Of a stretch of DNA of 64,000 nt, positions 50,832 to 64,000 are shown in pieces. The position numbers and the translations under genes are program-made. The notes beneath the pieces are model-generated. The model was not told the origin of the DNA, made no database searches, and saw only the letters and a program-made list of their open reading frames with translations. The stretch comes from Azolla caroliniana. Lineage: Eukaryota; Plantae; Polypodiophyta. Where the stretch lies: assembly GCA_043228905.1 (NCBI GenBank), contig JBHGNT010000011.1, positions 18,600,001-18,664,000 of the forward strand, in the 5' to 3' direction. Every line of letters starts with the position of its first letter. Within the stretch, counting starts at the first letter, position 1.

Positions 50832-51548
50832 TAGGGGGTGACCTTGAGCAAGGGTGATGGTGACTTTCTCCTATTCAACAAATGCGTGCTCTAATATCCA
50901 CAAATGGCACATAAGTCGGTTTTTGAGATTTCTAATGTATGCATTAACTCCATGTTTACCATCAAACTCAAAGCATTGCGCATATATCCAATTACACTGC
51001 AACCCTTAATACCTTAAAAAGTGAAACATGGTTTCCATTTGACTCTCTCTCTCTCTCTATTCATTATTGACCAAAACAAATTTGATCTCTCATGGGCATA
51101 CGTAATACGTTGATGAACATGCTCACCCGCGCTACCTTAGGCTAAGAAATGGCGGTTCACGACTTGAACACCGAGCAATCATACATAGAGGTCACCCTTG
51201 TAAGTGCTAATTATATTGTCAAAGGATGTTCTTAACTTGGTAGCATGCATGGGTTGCAACAATGGTATCTCTCTTGAGCTCCTAGTCGGTGTCTTTTGTT
51301 GGCTATTTATCATTGGCCGGCCAATCTTTCTAGGAAACGTGGGTATCTAGTCAATATGCATATCAAACTTTGTTGGGCACCCGAGACAATGTCCTTGGTT
51401 ATGATTTTGCGAGCTCGAGAGTACACAATTTCACTCTCTCTTTGTGGGGGTGGGTTTTTGTTCCCCACAAGTGATGGATGATGGTGAAGGCCATCCCAAA
51501 AAGTCTATCTCACCCTATATAGCAGTAACTACTTACTAGTAATAGCAG

Positions 51549-51596
51549 TAGGGTTTTAGCGTGTAAATTAGGGTTTCAGAGTGCAAATTAGGGTTT
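51549..51596 (+). promoter_or_regulatory. Three telo-boxes (TAGGGTTT) at 20-bp spacing upstream of the PORR gene
   Basis: TAGGGTTT at 51549, 51569 and 51589. Confidence 0.5.
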
Positions 51597-51774
51597 ATTC
51601 CACCCAGCACGCAGGGGCCAGGGCGGGACATGGCGTGGCCGGAGGCTGAATGAATACGGTGGATGCTCCTCTCATGAATCAGAATCAGAATCAGACAGAC
51701 GTCAGTCAGGCCTTAGCTGTTGCCAACAGTTGAATACAGACAGACACATCCCAACATATACTCTGCCTCACGCC

Positions 51775-53250
51775 ATGATCGTGGCAGCTAGGAGGCAGCT
51801 TACGCAGAGGATACAGATCATAGGCGCTGCTGCTTCGTCGGCCTGCGGCGTTCATGAGCACCTGATCGGCTCCCCTACCCCTAGTATTCGTTGTGGTAAT
51901 GGTGGTGATGGACCATCTTCAATGTTTCCTGCACCCTGCTGCCGTGTTCCATTGGAATACCCTGCTTCTGCGCCATGGCAATGGCAGCCTGCTCGTTGTT
52001 TCGCGGAGTTCACTTTGCCCCGCCTCAAAATCAAGATAAAGAAGGACCGCCCCCTTGACAAAGTGGCAGACAAAGCCAAGGAGCTGCAGCCCATCATCAT
52101 CATCAGAGACCTCATCATGAGGTACCCCAAGAGAGCCATACCCTTCCGGATCATTAGCTTGAAACGCAGAGAGCTGGGCCTGAAGATAAGCGATCAGAAG
52201 GTGGAGGACCTGATGAGGAGATACCCGAATGCCTTTGAATTCTTCATCCACCCCGATGACAAGCAGAAATGGTGCAGGTTGGCTCCTCAGCTGAAGGAAC
52301 TTTTGAAAGAGGAGAAACGGATATACGCACGAGAAGAACCTTTGGTCGTAGAGAAGCTGCGAAGGCTGCTGATGCTGGCCAAGGACCGCCGGATCCCAGT
52401 TGAGAAGCTGCTGGCAGCTGCTCGGTTCTTTGGATTCCCTGATGACTTCGAGGTGAGCATCATTCCCAAGTATCCCCAGTACTTCCGTCTTCGTGACCCT
52501 CACAAGCCGCATCGAACCATTGAACTGGTGGCCTGGGATGAGAGCCTAGCCATCACCGAGTTTGAGAAAGGAGCCAAAATGGCCGCCAAAGAGCGGGGCC
52601 AGGGAGACAATTTTGAAACGAGAGGCAAGCCACTGGCTTTCAAGTTGAAGTACTCTGCAGGGATGCAGTTGAAGAAAAAGACCATCGAGAAAATTGATAG
52701 ATGGCAAAAGCTTCCTTATATATGCCCTTACCAGCAGGTTGATTGGGTCGAAGAAGGGTCGCCAATTGCAGAGAGGAAGATGGCTGCCCTAATGCATGAA
52801 GTCTTGAGCCTTACCATAGAGAAGAAGATCTTGATTGAAGTTATCGGGGATTTTCAAGAAGAGTTCAATTTTCCCAACCGAGTGGCCAAGGCATTCAATC
52901 GATTCCCAGGCATCTTCTACATAAGTCTCAAGGGAAATGTCCATACTGTTTTCTTAAGAGAGGGTTATAACAAGCGACTTCTCGTAGAAGATCATCCACT
53001 TGTCACCCTTAAATGGAAGTATTACAAAATGCTGCAAGATGGGCCGCGGATGCGATCCATGGGCTTCAAAACTGGGAGGACAGTGGATGATGGGCCTTCA
53101 ATGCGGCGGTCCATCATGTCATCACAATTGGAGAATGCATATGTAACACAGGAAAATGTAGATAAGGAGGCTCATGGAGACCATTCAGTAATGCTATCAG
53201 ATCACGAGGCAGAGTCTTCCGATGAATTTGACTTCTCTGATGATGAATGA
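51775..53250 (+). CDS. Intronless plant organelle RNA recognition (PORR) domain protein, probably organelle-targeted
   Basis: Family motifs RRYPNAFEFF, VEKLRRLLMLAKDRRIP, FGFPDDF..IIPKYPQYF, ELVAWDESLA, WQKLPYICPY, HEVLSLTIEKK, FPGIFYISLKGNVHTVFLREGY, HPLV. First ATG at 51775. Confidence 0.92.
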   Translation: MIVAARRQLTQRIQIIGAAASSACGVHEHLIGSPTPSIRCGNGGDGPSSMFPAPCCRVPLEYPASAPWQWQPARCFAEFTLPRLKIKIKKDRPLDKVADKAKELQPIIIIRDLIMRYPKRAIPFRIISLKRRELGLKISDQKVEDLMRRYPNAFEFFIHPDDKQKWCRLAPQLKELLKEEKRIYAREEPLVVEKLRRLLMLAKDRRIPVEKLLAAARFFGFPDDFEVSIIPKYPQYFRLRDPHKPHRTIELVAWDESLAITEFEKGAKMAAKERGQGDNFETRGKPLAFKLKYSAGMQLKKKTIEKIDRWQKLPYICPYQQVDWVEEGSPIAERKMAALMHEVLSLTIEKKILIEVIGDFQEEFNFPNRVAKAFNRFPGIFYISLKGNVHTVFLREGYNKRLLVEDHPLVTLKWKYYKMLQDGPRMRSMGFKTGRTVDDGPSMRRSIMSSQLENAYVTQENVDKEAHGDHSVMLSDHEAESSDEFDFSDDE

Positions 53251-55582
53251 AGCAAGCATTCCAACTGGGTCACCAATCTTTTCACGAGATGATTAAGATT
53301 ATGGTGACGGAAAACATTGAGGTTTGACAAAGACCGTGTCAGATCCCCTGTATGAGGTGGTTCCGTATTGTTGCAACTAAATATTGGTTGAAATCAGGCC
53401 CTCAGAAGAACCTCTGGTCTCGTTTACAACTTCATGTGTGTGGACTCTGGAGTATCCATATTTTTAATGGATTATGAAATAGAATCAGGACGTGACCGCG
53501 GAATGGGTCATTGAAATACTCTGCATATGGCCTGCCCCTCTTTATTCAGCAATTTTTGGGAAGTACATATCAAGCCCAACATGGTTCGGGCAATTACTGT
53601 CCTTATAGATTATGTATGCAATTATGATTCCAACATCTGATAGTAATGAATTGGCTCATTTTCATTGCATTCGTTATGTCAGAATGAAGAAGTGAATGGA
53701 ATCAACATATTTTTTTCCCTTAAATATTTGTTGTATTATAGTAAAAAGTAACGTTGTTATAAATTGTGTGTTTGCAATATGGATAAGTATCCTGATTATG
53801 ATTAACTAGGCATTGTAGTTGAGTTCTAGTGCAAGTCCTGATAAATTATTTGGATGAAGCAGAGGCTTATCAGTGTGATCTATATAACCAATCCCAAAAC
53901 AAAAATTGTAATTCATAATTCAGAAGATGGAAACTGTAATCTATGTTTCATAATCCGAAATCTAGGATTCCATGAACTAAATAACACAATCCATGACCCA
54001 TTGCTCATGTTTTAATCGAGTAGTTCATAATTAGCATGCATCCATGATTTAGAACCGAAATAACTGATCAATACCAACAACCAGAATTGATTACATCTAT
54101 AAATCATCTATAAATGATGCCATATAAGATGGCAGCAATATGTATTCCCAATCACAAGGTTGTGATCAAGCGGGCTGCCATCTAACAGGCGTGAGGTCAA
54201 GATTCTGATTACCTTTATGAAGAGTAGCATTTGGTTTAAAATTGCAGCATCACTCAAGCTCGAGTAGCAAGTTGGTGCTTAACTAGGGTGGGAATAAATC
54301 CTAATGGCTAGAAGGGATTTCTCTAGGTTGACTTTGATCTATGAGTCATAAAACTAATTAAGGCATATTCAAACCAATAAACATCACTTACACTATTGTG
54401 AGAGTGAGAGTTTCTTAATTTCCCTTTTCATCTTGCACATCTTAGAGAAATACATGCTCCTACTCATCATGGTCGTCGTGACATCCCTTCCATGATTCAT
54501 GCACATTCTTATCTATTTTAAACAAACATGCTTAATGCATATTCTTATTATCTATTTGAAATAATTTTGCATTTGAGACTACCATACTCTTTAACAATAT
54601 ATCCTTGTGTTTAGTTTTAATGTGCTATTAATACTAGGAATGAAGTGAAAACTACAACATCTAATTATAGTTTATGAAGTAAGCACGAGCAAATTTAATT
54701 ATCTTTGATGCATAAACTATTACTATTTTTAGCATACATAAAAAATGCCAAAGCTAAATTACTCAAAGAACCTCCCTTGCCTGTATCTATGAGAATGTAA
54801 CTCAAGTGGATGGTAATCAACCTCGTGAGACCAAACATTTAAATCTTTAGACAATAGAATCAATTGGATTTTGTAGGTATATGTTACATACAACCCATCA
54901 TTTCTATTCATTGGTATTGATTAGTTCTCAACGAACACAACAACTTCATGTTCCAAAAGGTTTGGTATCCAATGAATTTTACAAAGTTGTCAAATCCATC
55001 AACATTTAATCACAACTAACGAATATCACGCCCTTACAAACAGGCTATTGTCATGCGTCTCATATCCCAGTAAACAAAGTGATGCCTCTTTTTCCGGTTA
55101 CAAGTCATGGAGACATGTTCGAAGACTTGGGGGACGACCATGAAATTGAGTAGTTGGCCATGACTCACGTACTTACTACATATGTATGTGTTGGAGTGCG
55201 AAAACTGCGATTGTAGCGAGGAAGGGGTCGAGGTGTGTGTGGGGACAAGTAGTGGGCAGAATATCTATTAATATGGGAGTGAACCAAAACCATATACATG
55301 GCGGGTGGCCAAAACCATATATATATATATATATTTGGGGTATCATATGCATATGTACATACATACATACATACATACATACATGTAAATACAGTATTAG
55401 GTGTGTCATGATGAACACACCATAACCATGCCCATTCTAACCTCCTGATGAAGGAGCTCAGGGGTTTTAGCCTGCTTGTTCTCTGTGTCTGGACCTGTGC
55501 TTTGTCTCTCTGCCTCTCTGCGTAAGAAGCTTCAATATCCGTAAGCTGTATCTTGCCCAGGAAGACCTGCACACACTCTCAG

Positions 55583-62593
<7,011 letters not shown>

Positions 62594-63212
62594 GCATGTA
62601 TATATCTTCTACCAGTTTTGTTCATAAACCATTTTCTGCATTTAATTGTACCAATATTTATGAATTGTAGTTTTCTAATAAGACGTTAAAGTCATCCATT
62701 AGTTAGGAGGTAATATGTACAGCAAAAATTGCAATGATATTGAAATGAGGAGGCCAGGAGATAATGCTGGACTTGGAACAGGAGTAACAGGAGACAGACA
62801 GAAAGAAAAAAAGAAAGAAAAAGAAAAAAAGAAAAAAAGAAAAATTTAACGTGTTGTAAGAGGCCAATATGGCCTATTAGACCAAACAAGAGATTACATC
62901 TTAAAATATTGTCTTGTCTATGAGAACAACAAACCAAAATAAATGTAACTGAATAAAAAAGTAAATAGAAATAGAATAAAATGTGACTGAAGAATCTCGT
63001 CATGTATACATCTAAGATTCTCAAGTCTGTTATATTGTAACTTTTCTCTTCAAAAGATCTCTAACATATGTCAATCCAGAATGGAGAGGTCCCTTAAGTG
63101 AGGGAATCACTTGTGATGGTGGGAGACAATGGCCTTTATTTGTTGATGACAAGGGTGATGAGATTGCGGTCCATGAGGCCAGGGTCCAATCTATTGTTAG
63201 CCCCTTTGCAGT

Positions 63213-63443
63213 GTCCTAGTTGGGGCCCCGTTTGTGAAGCCCTTGATTGATTGTAGCATGAGTAGGAGTGATTCGGCTAAAGAAAGTTGTGATTGTTCTT
63301 TGCTGATGAGCTTGTGTGGCTGTATTGTCCTAGTCGGGGCCCCGTTTGTGAAGCCCTTGATTGACTTGTAGCATGAGTAGGAGTGATTAGGCTAAAGAAA
63401 GTTGTGATTGTTCTTTGCTGATGAGCTTGTGTGGCTGTATTGT
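63213..63443. repeat. Two-copy tandem duplication (~113 bp) in NRPC1 intron
   Basis: TGTCCTAGT.GGGGCCCCGTTTGTGAAGCCCTTGATTGA at 63213 and 63326. Confidence 0.9.
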
Positions 63444-63444
63444 C

Positions 63445-63740
63445 GTCTTTCAGCAGCTTCTCCACGTGACTCTTGAGTTCTAGCAAGAAAAGCCCCAGGC
63501 ACTCTTGGTCCTCATTTTCTTGGAGTTCCCTGGTGATCTGTTTTATTAGAATGTGATTTTAATTCACTCAAGCCAGGTCAAACTCAATATGTCCCAGAAG
63601 AGAGCTATAATGTGAATGGGTCTTTACAAATGCTGAAGCTAATGTTGATTTTGTACCTTTGAGAGGCACGTAGTGAGAACATCTGCAGGATCCTGTGTAA
63701 CTGATTTTATGCAATGAGATGAGTCCACCCTAACACGTCC
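63445..63740 (-). mobile_element. Possible LINE 3' remnant in NRPC1 intron
   Basis: Minus strand reads ..DQECLGLFLLELKSHVEKLLKD, resembling LINE ORF2 ends. Degenerate. Confidence 0.3.
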
Positions 63741-64000
63741 TTGATGAAGTGACATCACACATCAATGTCCAAGGTCATTACAGAGACATCCAACCATATG
63801 GTGTCTAAAATGTTCTTAGTGCATTGCACGAAACATGGCATCTGTAGCCAACCATATGGCAGTTTGGTTATCAAAGTGTAGGAATGGTGTCCTCTCACGT
63901 AAACCAAGGTCATAACAGAGACATGCCAACCATATGGCATCTTTGGACGCTTTAGTTGCTGAAATATGGTATATTGTCAGTTGTAGTTAATGCAACAATC

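Noticed and set aside
51852-52685. Minus-strand ORFs over the PORR gene
   Set aside because: They are antisense shadows of a GC-richer coding sequence.

Overview
Eukaryotic plant nuclear DNA, AT-rich and intron-containing. It is most likely a leptosporangiate fern, inferred from a plastid-DNA insertion whose trnD/trnY arrangement is fern-type. The high gene density (nine genes in 64 kb) suggests a small-genome lineage such as the Salviniales. Nine protein-coding genes were reconstructed by hand: CBP60 (5'-truncated by the window), an intronless DUF3444 protein, an armadillo-repeat kinesin (ARK), the riboflavin deaminase PyrD, an 18-exon GnTI/CGL1 gene that the ORF track largely misses, an uncharacterised conserved membrane/coiled-coil protein, mitochondrial Mn-SOD, an intronless PORR protein and the RNA polymerase III largest subunit NRPC1 (3'-truncated). 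The most notable non-routine features are: two minor-spliceosome (U12) introns and one probable GC-AG donor; a near-identical 419-bp duplication that copies a GnTI splice acceptor and creates a decoy leading to a stop; a mosaic in GnTI intron 15 made of plastid trnD-trnY, an LTR-like segment with tRNA-type A/B boxes, and plastid ndhB with its group II intron tail; and a 584-bp A-tailed insertion with a 16-bp target-site duplication. I found no clearly novel multi-gene system. All exon coordinates were read manually and were not verified by alignment or RNA data.
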